In this document: in pieces, positions 40,501 to 54,500 of the stretch | Layout of the letters: each line of letters starts with the position of its first letter | How positions within the stretch are numbered: the stretch's first letter is position 1 | Source: Auanema rhodensis | Taxonomy: Eukaryota > Animalia > Nematoda | Direction: 5' to 3' | Assembly (NCBI GenBank): GCA_964057225.1 | Contig: OZ059895.1 | Location: 20,646,001-20,710,000 of the forward strand | Length of the DNA: 64,000 nt | Made by a program: the position numbers and the translations under genes | Notes under the pieces: generated by a model | Seen by the model: only the letters and a program-made list of their open reading frames with translations | Databases searched by the model: none | What the model was told of the DNA's origin: nothing

Positions 40501-43500
40501 TTTTCACCCTGAAGAATTAATTTTTTCGTTGAATAACATCGTCCATCGTCTTCGCCTTGAAAAAAGGAATCTAAAAACATCTACTTTTTGCTAAATTATT
40601 TTGAAATTTTTCGAAAAAATTTTTGTCAAAATGTTTTTGGAAGCAATGTTGAGTGTACATGGAAACTCAACATACACTAATGCATCATTTTTCAAACGAT
40701 CATAACTAATTTTTGTATTAAGTGTTTCTCAATGTAGTATAGTGCATTCGATGCGGATTTTTAAGCTGCGTCGATTCGTGTTATCAGATTTGCGCTAGCT
40801 TAAAAATGCACCGAGATATCAACTGATATAAGTTCACACTTATATCCTCGATTTTCACCCTGAAGAATTAATTTTTTCGTTGAATAACAATGTCCATCGT
40901 CTTCGCCTTGAAAAAAGGAATCTAAAAACATCTACTTTTTGCTAAATTATTTTGAAATTTTTCGAAAAAATTTTTGTCAAAATGTTTTTGGAAGCAATGT
41001 TGAGTGTACATGAAAACTCAACATACACTAATGCATCATTTTTCAAACGATCATAACTAATTTTTGTATTAAGCGTTTCTCAATGTAGTATAGTGCATTC
41101 GATGCGGATTTTTAAGCTGCGTCGATCTGTGTTATCAGATTTGCGCTAGCTTAAAAATGCACCGAGATATCAACTGATATAAGTTTACACTTATATCCTC
41201 GATTTTCACCCTGAAGAATTAATTTTTTCGTTGAATAACAATGTCCATCGTCTTCGCCTTGAAAAAAGGAATCTAAAAACATCTACTTTTTGCTAAATTA
41301 TTTTGAAATTTTTCGAAAAAATTTTTGTCAAAATGTTTTTGGAAGCAATGTTGAGTGTACATGGAAACTCAACATACACTAATGCATCATTTTTCAAACG
41401 ATCATAACTAATTTTTGTATTAAGTGTTTCTCAATGTAGTATAGTGCATTCGATGCGGATTTTTAAGCTGCGTCGATCTGTGTTATCAGATTTGCGCTAG
41501 CTTAAAAATGCACCGAGATATCAACTGATATAAGTTCACACTTATATCCTCGATTTTCACCCTGAAGAATTAATTTTTTCGTTGAATAACAATGTCCATC
41601 GTCTTCGCCTTGAAAAAAGGAATCTAAAAACATCTACTTTTCGCTAAATTATTTTCAAATTTTTCGAAAAAATTTTTGTCAAAATGTTTTTGGAAGCAAT
41701 GTTGAGTGTACATGGAAACTCAACATACACTAATGCATCATTTTTCAAACGATCATAACTAATTTTTGTATTAAGCGTTTCTCAATGTAGTATAGTGCAT
41801 TCGATGCGGATTTTTAAGCTGCGTCGATCTGTGTTATCAGATTTGCGCTAGCTTAAAAATGCACCGAGATATCAACTGATATAAGTTCACACTTATATCC
41901 TCGATTTTCACCCTGAAGAATTAATTTTTTCGTTGAATAACAATGTCCATCGTCTTTGCCTTGAAAAAAGGAATCTAAAAACATCTACTTTTTGCTAAAT
42001 TATTCTGAAATTTTTCGAAAAAATTTTTGTCAAAATGTTTTTGGAAGCAATGTTGAGTGTACATGGTAACTCAACATACACTAATGCATCATTTTTCAAA
42101 CGATCATAACTAATTTTTGTATTAAGCGTTTCTCAATGTAGTATAGTGCATTCGATGCGGATTTTTAAGCTGCGTCGATCTGTGTTATCAGATTTGCGCT
42201 AGCTTAAAAATGCACCGAGATATCAACTGATATAAGTTCACACTTATATCCTCGATTTTCACCCTGAAGAATTAATTTTTTCGTTGAATAACATTGTCCA
42301 TCGTCTTTGCCTTGAAAAAAAAAATCTGAAAACATCTACTTTTTGCTAAATTATTTTGAAATTTTTCGAAAAAATTTTTGTCAAAATGTTTTTGGAAGCA
42401 ATGTTGAGTGTACATGGAAACTCAACATACACTAATGCATCATTTTTCAAACGATCATAACTAATTTTTGTATTAAGCGTTTCTCAATGTAGTATAGTGC
42501 ATTCGATGCGGATTTTTAAGCTGCGTCGATCTGTGTTATCAGATTTGCGCTAGCTTAAAAATGCACCGAGATATCAACTGATATAAGTTCACACTTATAT
42601 CCTCGATTTTCACCCTGAAGAATTAATTTTTTCGTTGAATAACAATGTTCATCGTCTTCGCCTTGAAAAAAGGAATCTAAAAACATCTACTTTTCGCTAA
42701 ATTATTTTGAAATTTTTCGAAAAAATTTTTGTCAAAATGTTTTTGGAAGCAATGTTGAGTGTACATGGAAACTCAACATACACTAATGCATCATTTTTCA
42801 AACGATCATAACTAATTTTTGTATTAAGCGTTTCTCAATGTAGTATAGTGCATTCGATGCGGATTTTTAAGCTGCGTCGATCTGTGTTATCAGATTTGCG
42901 CTAGCTTAAAAATGCACCGAGATATCAACTGATATAAGTTCACACTTATATCCTCGATTTTCACCCTGAAGAATTAATTTTTTCGTTGAATAACAATGTC
43001 CATCGTCTTTGCCTTGAAAAAAGGAATCTAAAAACATCTACTTTTTGCTAAATTATTCTGAAATTTTTCGAAAAAATTTTTGTCAAAATGTTTTTGGAAG
43101 CAATGTTGAGTGTACATGGTAACTCAACATACACTAATGCATCATTTTTCAAACGATCATAACTAATTTTTGTATTAAGCGTTTCTCAATGTAGTATAGT
43201 GCATTCGATGCGGATTTTTAAGCTGCGTCGATCTGTGTTATCAGATTTGCGCTAGCTTAAAAATGCACCGAGATATCAACTGATATAAGTTCACACTTAT
43301 ATCCTCGATTTTCACCCTGAAGAATTAATTTTTTCGTTGAATAACATTGTCCATCGTCTTTGCCTTGAAAAAAAAAATCTGAAAACATCTACTTTTTGCT
43401 AAATTATTTTGAAATTTTTCGAAAAAATTTTTGTCAAAATGTTTTTGGAAGCAATGTTGAGTGTACATGGAAACTCAACATACACTAATGCATCATTTTT

Positions 43501-46500
43501 CAAACGATCATAACTAATTTTTGTATTGAGCGTTTCTCAATGTAGTATAGTGCATTCGATGCGGATTTTTAAGCTGCGTCGATCTGTGTTATCAGATTTG
43601 CGCTAGCTTAAAAATGCACCGAGATATCAACTGATATAAGTTCACACTTATATCCTCGATTTTCACCCTGAAGAATTAATTTTTTCGTTGAATAACAATG
43701 TCCATCGTCTTCGCCTTGAAAAAAGGAATCTAAAAACATCTACTTTTCGCTAAATTATTTTGAAATTTTTCGAAAAAATTTTTGTCAAAATGTTTTTGGA
43801 AGCAATGTTGAGTGTACATGGAAACTCAACATACACTAATGCATCATTTTTCAAACGATCATAACTAATTTTTGTATTAAGCGTTTCTCAATGTAGTATA
43901 GTGCATTCGATGCGGATTTTTAAGCTGCGTCGATCTGTGTTATCAGATTTGCGCTAGCTTAAAAATGCACCGAGATATCAACTGATATAAGTTCACACTT
44001 ATATCCTCGATTTTCACCCTGAAGAATTAATTTTTTCGTTGAATAACAATGTCCATCGTCTTTGCCTTGAAAAAAGGAATCTAAAAACATCTACTTTTTG
44101 CTAAATTATTCTGAAATTTTTCGAAAAAATTTTTGTCAAAATGTTTTTGGAAGCAATGTTGAGTGTACATGGTAACTCAACATACACTAATGCATCATTT
44201 TTCAAACGATCATAACTAATTTTTGTATTAAGCGTTTCTCAATGTAGTATAAAGCATTCGATGCGGATTTTTAAGCTGCGTCGATCTGTGTTATCAGATT
44301 TGCGCTAGCTTAAAAATGCACCGAGATATCAACTGATATAAGTTCACACTTATATCCTCGATTTTCACCCTGAAGAATTAATTTTTTCGTTGAATAACAT
44401 TGTCCATCGTCTTTGCCTTGAAAAAAAAAATCTGAAAACATCTACTTTTTGCTAAATTATTTTGAAATTTTTCGAAAAAATTTTTGTCAAAATGTTTTTG
44501 GAAGCAATGTTGAGTGTACATGGAAACTCAACATACACTAATGCATCATTTTTCAAACGATCATAACTAATTTTTGTATTGAGCGTTTCTCAATGTAGTA
44601 TAGTGCATTCGATGCGGATTTTTAAGCTGCGTCGATCTGTGTTATCAGATTTGCGCTAGCTTAAAAATGCACCGAGATATCAACTGATATAAGTTCACAC
44701 TTATATCCTCGATTTTCACCCTGAAGAATTAATTTTTTCGTTGAATAACAATGTCCATCGTCTTCGCCTTGAAAAAAGGAATCTAAAAACATCTACTTTT
44801 CGCTAAATTATTTTGAAATTTTTCGAAAAAATTTTTGTCAAAATGTTTTTGGAAGCAATGTTGAGTGTACATGGAAACTCAACATACACTAATGCATCAT
44901 TTTTCAAACGATCATAACTAATTTTTGTATTAAGCGTTTCTCAATGTAGTATAGTGAATTCGATGCGGATTTTTAAGCTGCGTCGATCTGTGTTATCAGA
45001 TTTGCGCTAGCTTAAAAATGCACCGAGATATCCACTGATATAAGTTCACACTTATATCCTCGATTTTCACCCTGAAGAATTAATTTTTTCGTTGAATAAC
45101 AATGTCCATCGTCTTCGCCTTGAAAAAAGGAATCTAAAAACATCTACTTTTTGCTAAATTATTTTGAAATTTTTCGAAAAAATTTTTGTCAAAATGTTTT
45201 TGGAAGCAATGTTGAGTGTACATGGAAACTCAACATACACTAATGCATCATTTTTCGAACGATCATAACTAATTTTTGTATTAAGCGTTTCTCAATGTAG
45301 TATAGTGCATTCGATGCGGATTTTTAAGCTGCGTCGATCTGTGTTATCAGATTTGCGCTAGCTTAAAAATGCACCGAGATATCAACTGATATAAGTGCAC
45401 ACTTATATCCTCGATTTTCACCCTGAAGAATTAATTTTTTCGTTGAATAACAATGTCCATCGTCTTCGCCTTGAAAAAAGGAATCTAAAAACATCTACTT
45501 TTTGCTAAATTATTTTGAAATTTTTCGAAAAAATTTTTGTCAAAATGTTTTTGGAAGCAATGTTGAGTGTACATGGAAACTCAACATACACTAATGCATC
45601 ATTTTTCAAACGATCATAACTAATTTTTGTATTAAGCGTTTCTCAATGTAGTATAGTGCATTCGATGCGGATTTTTAAGTTGCGTCGATCTGTGTTATCA
45701 GATTTGCGCTAGCTTAAAAATGCACCGAGATATCAACTGATATAAGTTTACACTTATATCCTCGATTTTCACCCTGAAGAATTAATTTTTTCGTTGAATA
45801 ACAATGTCCATCGTCTTCGCCTTGAAAAAAGGAATCTAAAAACATCTACTTTTTGCTAAATTATTTTGAAATTTTTCGAAAAAATTTTTGTCAAAATTTT
45901 TTTGGAAGCAATGTTGAGTGTACATGGAAACTCAACATACACTAATGCATCATTTTTCGAACGATCATAACTAATTTTTGTATTAAGCGTTTCTCAATGT
46001 AGTATAGTGCATTCGATGCGGATTTTTAAGCTGCGTCGATCTGTGTTATCAGATTTGCGCTAGCTTAAAAATGCACCGAGATATCAACTGATATAAGGTC
46101 ACACTTATATCCTCGATTTTCACCCTGAAGAATTAATTTTTTCGTTGAATAACATCGTCCATCGTCTTCGCCTTGAAAAAAGGAATCTAAAAACATCTAC
46201 TTTTTGCTAAATTATTTTGAAATTTTTCGAAAAAATTTTTGTCAAAATGTTTTTGGAAGCAATGTTGAGTGTACATGGAAACTCAACATACACTAATGCA
46301 TCATTTTTCAAACGATCATAACTAATTTTTGTATTAAGTGTTTCTCAATGTAGTATAGTGCATTCGATGCGGATTTTTAAGCTGCGTCGATCTGTGTTAT
46401 CAGATTTGCGCTAGCTTAAAAATGCACCGAGATATCAACTGATATAAGTTCACACTTATATCCTCGATTTTCACCCTGAAGAATTAATTTTTTCGTTGAA

Positions 46501-49500
46501 TAACAATGTCAATCGTCTTTGCCTTGAAAAAAGGAATCTAAAAACATCTACTTTTTGCTAAATTATTTTGAAATTTTTCGAAAAAATTTTTGTCAAAATG
46601 TTTTTGGAAGCAATGTTGAGTGTACATGAAAACTCAACATACACTAATGCATCATTTTTCAAACGATCATAACTAATTTTTGTATTAAGCGTTTCTCAAT
46701 GTAGTATAGTGCATTCGATGCGGATTTTTAAGCTGCGTCGATCTGTGTTATCAGATTTGCGCTAGCTTAAAAATGCACCGAGATATCAACTGATATAAGT
46801 TCACACTTATATCCTCGATTTTCACCCTGAAGAATTAATTTTTTCGTTGAATAACAATGTCCATCGTCTTCGCCTTGAAAAAAGGAATCTAAAAACATCT
46901 ACTTTTTGCTAAATTATTTTGAAATTTTTCGAAAAAATTTTTGTCAAAATGTTTTTGGAAGCAATGTTGAGTGTACATGGAAACTCAACATACACTAATG
47001 CATCATTTTTCAAACGATCATAACTAATTTTTGTATTAAGCGTTTCTCAATGTAGTATAGTGCATTCGATGCGGATTTTTAAGCTGCGTCGATCTGTGTT
47101 ATCAGATTTGCGCTAGCTTAAAAATGCACCGAGATATCAACTGATATATGTTTACACTTATATCCTCGATTTTCACCCTGAAGAATTAATTTTTTCGTTG
47201 AATAACAATGTCCATCGTCTTCGCCTTGAAAAAAGGAATCTAAAAACATCTACTTTTTGCTAAATTATTTTGAAATTTTTCGAAAAAATTTTTGTCAAAA
47301 TTTTTTTGGAAGCAATGTTGAGTGTACATGGAAACTCAACATACACTAATGCATCATTTTTCGAACGATCATAACTAATTTTTGTATTAAGCGTTTCTCA
47401 ATGTAGTATAGTGCATTCGATGCGGATTTTTAAGCTGCGTCGATCTGTGTTATCAGATTTGCGCTAGCTTAAAAATGCACCGAGATATCAACTGATATAA
47501 GTTCACACTTATATCCTCGATTTTCACCCTGAAGAATTAATTTTTTCGTTGAATAACATCGTCCATCGTCTTCGCCTTGAAAAAAGGAATCTAAAAACAT
47601 CTACTTTTTGCTAAATTATTTTGAAATTTTTCGAAAAAATTTTTGTCAAAATGTTTTTGGAAGCAATGTTGAGTGTACATGGAAACTCAACATACACTAA
47701 TGCATCATTTTTCAAACGATCATAACTAATTTTTGTATTAAGTGTTTCTCAATGTAGTATAGTGCATTCGATGCGGATTTTTAAGCTGCGTCGATCTGTG
47801 TTATCAGATTTGCGCTAGCTTAAAAATGCACCGAGATATCAACTGATATAAGTTCTTACTTATATCCTCGATTTTCACCCTGAAGAATTAATTTTTTCGT
47901 TGAATAACAATGTCCATCGTCTTCGCCTTGAAAAAAGGAATCTAAAAACATCTACTTTTTGCTAAATTATTTTGAAATTTTTCGAAAAAATTTTTGTCAA
48001 AATGTTTTTGGAAGCAATGTTGAGTGTACATGAAAACTCAACATACACTAATGCATCATTTTTCAAACGATCATAACTAATTTTTGTATTAAGCGTTTCT
48101 CAATGTAGTATAGTGCATTCGATGCGGATTTTTAAGCTGCGTCGATCTGTGTTATCAGATTTGCGCTAGCTTAAAAATGCACCGAGATATCAACTGATAT
48201 AAGTTTACACTTATATCCTCGATTTTCACCCTGAAGAATTAATTTTTTCGTTGAATAACAATGTCCATCGTCTTCGCCTTGAAAAAAGGAATCTAAAAAC
48301 ATCTACTTTTTGCTAAATTATTTTGAAATTTTTCGAAAAAATTTTTGTCAAAATGTTTTTGGAAGCAATGTTGAGTGTACATGGAAACTCAACATACACT
48401 AATGCATCATTTTTCAAACGATCATAACTAATTTTTGTATTAAGCGTTTCTCAATGTAGTATAGTGCATTCGATGCGGATTTTTAAGCTGCGTCGATCTG
48501 TGTTATCAGATTTGCGCTAGCTTAAAAATGCACCGAGATATCAACTGATATAAGTTCACACTTATATCCTCGATTTTCACCCTGAAGAATTAATTTTTTC
48601 GTTGAATAACAATGTCCATCGTCTTCGCCTTGAAAAAAGGAATCTAAAAACATCTACTTTTCGCTAAATTATTTTGAAATTTTTCGAAAAAATTTTTGTC
48701 AAAATGTTTTTGGAAGCAATGTTGAGTGTACATGGAAACTCAACATACACTAATGCATCATTTTTCAAACGATCATAACTAATTTTTGTATTAAGCGTTT
48801 CTCAATGTAGTATAGTGCATTCGATGCGGATTTTTAAGCTGCGTCGATCTGTGTTATCAGATTTGCGCTAGCTTAAAAATGCACCGAGATATCAACTGAT
48901 ATAAGTTCACACTTATATCCTCGATTTTCACCCTGAAGAATTAATTTTTTCGTTGAATAACAATGTCCATCGTCTTTGCCTTGAAAAAAGGAATCTCAAA
49001 ACATCTACTTTTTGCTAAATTATTCTGAAATTTTTCGAAAAAATTTTTGTCAAAATGTTTTTGGAAGCAATGTTGAGTGTACATGGTAACTCAACATACA
49101 CTAATGCATCATTTTTCAAACGATCATAACTAATTTTTGTATTAAGCGTTTCTCAATGTAGTATAGTGCATTCGATGCGGATTTTTAAGCTGCGTCGATC
49201 TGTGTTATCAGATTTGCGCTAGCTTAAAAATGCACCGAGATATCAACTGATATAAGTTCACACTTATATCCTCGATTTTCACCCTGAAGAATTAATTTTT
49301 TCGTTGAATAACATTGTCCATCGTCTTTGCCTTGAAAAAAAAAATCTGAAAACATCTACTTTTTGCTAAATTATTTTGAAATTTTTCGAAAAAATTTTTG
49401 TCAAAATGTTTTTGGAAGCAATGTTGAGTGTACATGGAAACTCAACATACACTAATGCATCATTTTTCAAACGATCATAACTAATTTTTGTATTGAGCGT

Positions 49501-49828
49501 TTCTCAATGTAGTATAGTGCATTCGATGCGGATTTTTAAGCTGCGTCGATCTGTGTTATCAGATTTGCGCTAGCTTAAAAATGCACCGAGATATCAACTG
49601 ATATAAGTTCACACTTATATCCTCGATTTTCACCCTGAAGAATTAATTTTTTCGTTGAATAACAATGTCCATCGTCTTCGCCTTGAAAAAAGGAATCTAA
49701 AAACATCTACTTTTCGCTAAATTATTTTGAAATTTTTCGAAAAAATTTTTGTCAAAATGTTTTTGGAAGCAATGTTGAGTGTACATGGAAACTCAACATA
49801 CACTAATGCATCATTTTTCAAACGATCA
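37544..49828. repeat. 20-mer-period (7020 bp) duplication containing a nested 4-mer x2 and a nested 3-mer x3
   Basis: AAGTGCAC occurs at 38377 and 45397. The AAGTTGCG, GTCAATC, ATATGTTTAC and CATGAAAAC markers recur at +7020, and about 15 consecutive monomers match. Confidence 0.92.
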
Positions 49829-51583
49829 TAACTAATTTTTGTATTAAGCGTTTCTCAATGTAGTATAGTGAATTCGATGCGGATTTTTAAGCTGCGTCGA
49901 TCTGTGTTATCCGATTTGCGCTAGCTTAAAAATGCACCGAGATATCAACTGATATAAGTTCACACTTATATCCTCGATTTTCACCCTGAAGAATTAATTT
50001 TTTCGTTGAATAACATTGTCCATCGTCTTTGCCTTGAAAAAAAAAATCTGAAAACATCTACTTTTTGCTAAATTATTTTGAAATTTTTCGAAAAAATTTT
50101 TGTCAAAATGTTTTTGGAAGCAATGTTGAGTGTACATGGAAACTCAACATACACTAATGCATCATTTTTCAAACGATCATAACTAATTTTTGTATTAAGC
50201 GTTTCTCAATGTAGTATAGTGCATTCGATGCGGATTTTTAAGCTGCGTCGATCTGTGTTATCAGATTTGCGCTAGCTTAAAAATGCACCGAGATATCAAC
50301 TGATATAAGTTCACACTTATATCCTCGATTTTCACCCTGAAGAATTAATTTTTTCGTTGAATAACAATGTCCATCGTCTTTGCCTTGAAAAAAGGAATCT
50401 CAAAACATCTACTTTTTGCTAAATTATTCTGAAATTTTTCGAAAAAATTTTTGTCAAAATGTTTTTGGAAGCAATGTTGAGTGTACATGGTAACTCAACA
50501 TACACTAATGCATCATTTTTCAAACGATCATAACTAATTTTTGTATTAAGCGTTTCTCAATGTAGTATAGTGCATTCGATGCGGATTTTTAAGCTGCGTC
50601 GATCTGTGTTATCAGATTTGCGCTAGCTTAAAAATGCACCGAGATATCAACTGATATAAGTTCACACTTATATCCTCGATTTTCACCCTGAAGAATTAAT
50701 TTTTTCGTTGAATAACATTGTCCATCGTCTTTGCCTTGAAAAAAAAAATCTGAAAACATCTACTTTTTGCTAAATTATTTTGAAATTTTTCGAAAAAATT
50801 TTTGTCAAAATGTTTTTGGAAGCAATGTTGAGTGTACATGGAAACTCAACATACACTAATGCATCATTTTTCAAACGATCATAACTAATTTTTGTATTGA
50901 GCGTTTCTCAATGTAGTATAGTGCATTCGATGCGGATTTTTAAGCTGCGTCGATCTGTGTTATCAGATTTGCGCTAGCTTAAAAATGCACCGAGATATCA
51001 ACTGATATAAGTTCACACTTATATCCTCGATTTTCACCCTGAAGAATTAATTTTTTCGTTGAATAACAATGTCCATCGTCTTCGCCTTGAAAAAAGGAAT
51101 CTAAAAACATCTACTTTTCGCTAAATTATTTTGAAATTTTTCGAAAAAATTTTTGTCAAAATGTTTTTGGAAGCAATGTTGAGTGTACATGGAAACTCAA
51201 CATACACTAATGCATCATTTTTCAAACGATCATAACTAATTTTTGTATTAAGCGTTTCTCAATGTAGTATAGTGAATTCGATGCGGATTTTTAAGCTGCG
51301 TCGATCTGTGTTATCAGATTTGCGCTAGCTTAAAAATGCACCGAGATATCAACTGATATAAGTTCACACTTATATCCTCGATTTTCACCCTGAAGAATTA
51401 ATTTTTTCGTTGAATAACATTGTCCATCGTCTTTGCCTTGAAAAAAAAAATCTGAAAACATCTACTTTTTGCTAAATTATTTTGAAATTTTTCGAAAAAA
51501 TTTTTGTCAAAATGTTTTTGGAAGCAATGTTGAGTGTACATGGAAACTCAACATACACTAATGCATCATTTTTCAAACGATCA
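48776..51583. repeat. Tetramer higher-order repeat (1404 bp x2)
   Basis: An AATCTCAAAA+GGTAAC monomer starts at 48776 and 50180. Each is followed by an A10 monomer, an ATTGAG/TTCGC monomer and a GAATTC monomer. Confidence 0.85.
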
Positions 51584-54500
51584 TAACTAATTTTTGTATT
51601 AAGCGTTTCTCAATGTAGTATAGTGCATTCGATGCGGATTTTTAAGCTGCGTCGATCTGTGTTATCAGATTTGCGCTAGCTTAAAAATGCACCGAGATAT
51701 CAACTGATATAAGTTCACACTTATATCCTCGATTTTCACCCTGAAGAATTAATTTTTTCGTTGAATAACAATGTCCATCGTCTTCGCCTTGAAAAAAGGA
51801 ATCTAAAAACATCTACTTTTCGCTAAATTATTTTGAAATTTTTCGAAAAAATTTTTGTCAAAATGTTTTTGGAAGCAATGTTGAGTGTACATGGAAACTC
51901 AACATACACTAATGCATCATTTTTCAAACGATCATAACTAATTTTTGTATTAAGCGTTTCTCAATGTAGTATAGTGAATTCGATGCGGATTTTTAAGCTG
52001 CGTCGATCTGTGTTATCAGATTTGCGCTAGCTTAAAAATGCACCGAGATATCAACTGATATAAGTTCACACTTATATCCTCGATTTTCACCCTGAAGAAT
52101 TAATTTTTTCGTTGAATAACATTGTCCATCGTCTTTGCCTTGAAAAAAAAAATCTGAAAACATCTACTTTTTGCTAAATTATTTTGAAATTTTTCGAAAA
52201 AATTTTTGTCAAAATGTTTTTGGAAGCAATGTTGAGTGTACATGGAAACTCAACATACACTAATGCATCATTTTTCAAACGATCATAACTAATTTTTGTA
52301 TTAAGCGTTTCTCAATGTAGTATAGTGCATTCGATGCGGATTTTTAAGCTGCGTCGATCTGTGTTATCAGATTTGCGCTAGCTTAAAAATGCACCGAGAT
52401 ATCAACTGATATAAGTTCACACTTATATCCTCGATTTTCACCCTGAAGAATTAATTTTTTCGTTGAATAACAATGTCCATCGTCTTCGCCTTGAAAAAAG
52501 GAATCTAAAAACATCTACGTTTCGCTAAATTATTTTGAAATTTTTCGAAAAAATTTTTGTCAAAATGTTTTTGGAAGCAATGTTGAGTGTACATGGAAAC
52601 TCAACATACACTAATGCATCATTTTTCAAACGATCATAACTAATTTTTGTATTAAGCGTTTCTCAATGTAGTATAGTGAATTCGATGCGGATTTTTAAGC
52701 TGCGTCGATCTGTGTTATCAGATTTGCGCTAGCTTAAAAATGCACCGAGATATCAACTGATATAAGTTCACACTTATATCCTCGATTTTCACCCTGAAGA
52801 ATTAATTTTTTCGTTGAATAACATTGTCCATCGTCTTTGCCTTGAAAAAAAAAATCTGAAAACATCTACTTTTTGCTAAATTATTTTGAAATTTTTCGAA
52901 AAAATTTTTGTCAAAATGTTTTTGGAAGCAATGTTGAGTGTACATGGAAACTCAACATACACTAATGCATCATTTTTCAAACGATCATAACTAATTTTTG
53001 TATTAAGCGTTTCTCAATGTAGTATAGTGCATTCGATGCGGATTTTTAAGCTGCGTCGATCTGTGTTATCAGATTTGCGCTAGCTTAAAAATGCACCGAG
53101 ATATCAACTGATATAAGTTCACACTTATATCCTCGATTTTCACCCTGAAGAATTAATTTTTTCGTTGAATAACAATGTCCATCGTCTTTGCCTTGAAAAA
53201 AGGAATCTAAAAACATCTACTTTTTGCTAAATTATTCTGAAATTTTTCGAAAAAATTTTTGTCAAAATGTTTTTGGAAGCAATGTTGAGTGTACATGGAA
53301 ACTCAACATACACTAATGCATCATTTTTCAAACGATCATAACTAATTTTTGTATTAAGCGTTTCTCAATGTAGTATAGTGCATTCGATGCGGATTTTTAA
53401 GCTGCGTCGATCTGTGTTATCAGATTTGCGCTAGCTTAAAAATGCACCGAGATATCAACTGATATAAGTTCACACTTATATCCTCGATTTTCACCCTGAA
53501 GAATTAATTTTTTCGTTGAATAACAATGTCCATCGTCTTTGCCTTGAAAAAAGGAATCTAAAAACATCTACTTTTTGCTAAATTATTCTGAAATTTTTCG
53601 AAAAAATTTTTGTCAAAATGTTTTTGGAAGCAATGTTGAGTGTACATGGAAACTCAACATACACTAATGCATCATTTTTCAAACGATCATAACTAATTTT
53701 TGTATTAAGCGTTTCTCAATGTAGTATAGTGCATTCGATGCGGATTTTTAAGCTGCGTCGATCTGTGTTATCAGATTTGCGCTAGCTTAAAAATGCACCG
53801 AGATATCAACTGATATAAGTTCACACTTATATCCTCGATTTTCACCCTGAAGAATTAATTTTTTCGTTGAATAACAATGTCCATCGTCTTTGCCTTGAAA
53901 AAAGGAATCTCAAAACATCTACTTTTTGCTAAATTATTCTGAAATTTTTCGAAAAAATTTTTGTCAAAATGTTTTTGGAAGCAATGTTGAGTGTACATGG
54001 AAACTCAACATACACTAATGCATCATTTTTCAAACGATCATAACTAATTTTTGTATTGAGCGTTTCTCAATGTAGTATAGTGCATTCGATGCGGATTTTT
54101 AAGCTGCGTCGATCTGTGTTATCAGATTTGCGCTAGCTTAAAAATGCACCGAGATATCAACTGATATAAGTTCACACTTATATCCTCGATTTTCACCCTG
54201 AAGAATTAATTTTTTCGTTGAATAACAATGTCCATCGTCTTCGCCTTGAAAAAAGGAATCTAAAAACATCTACTTTTCGCTAAATTATTTTGAAATTTTT
54301 CGAAAAAATTTTTGTCAAAATGTTTTTGGAAGCAATGTTGAGTGTACATGGAAACTCAACATACACTAATGCATCATTTTTCAAACGATCATAACTAATT
54401 TTTGTATTAAGCGTTTCTCAATGTAGTATAGTGAATTCGATGCGGATTTTTAAGCTGCGTCGATCTGTGTTATCAGATTTGCGCTAGCTTAAAAATGCAC

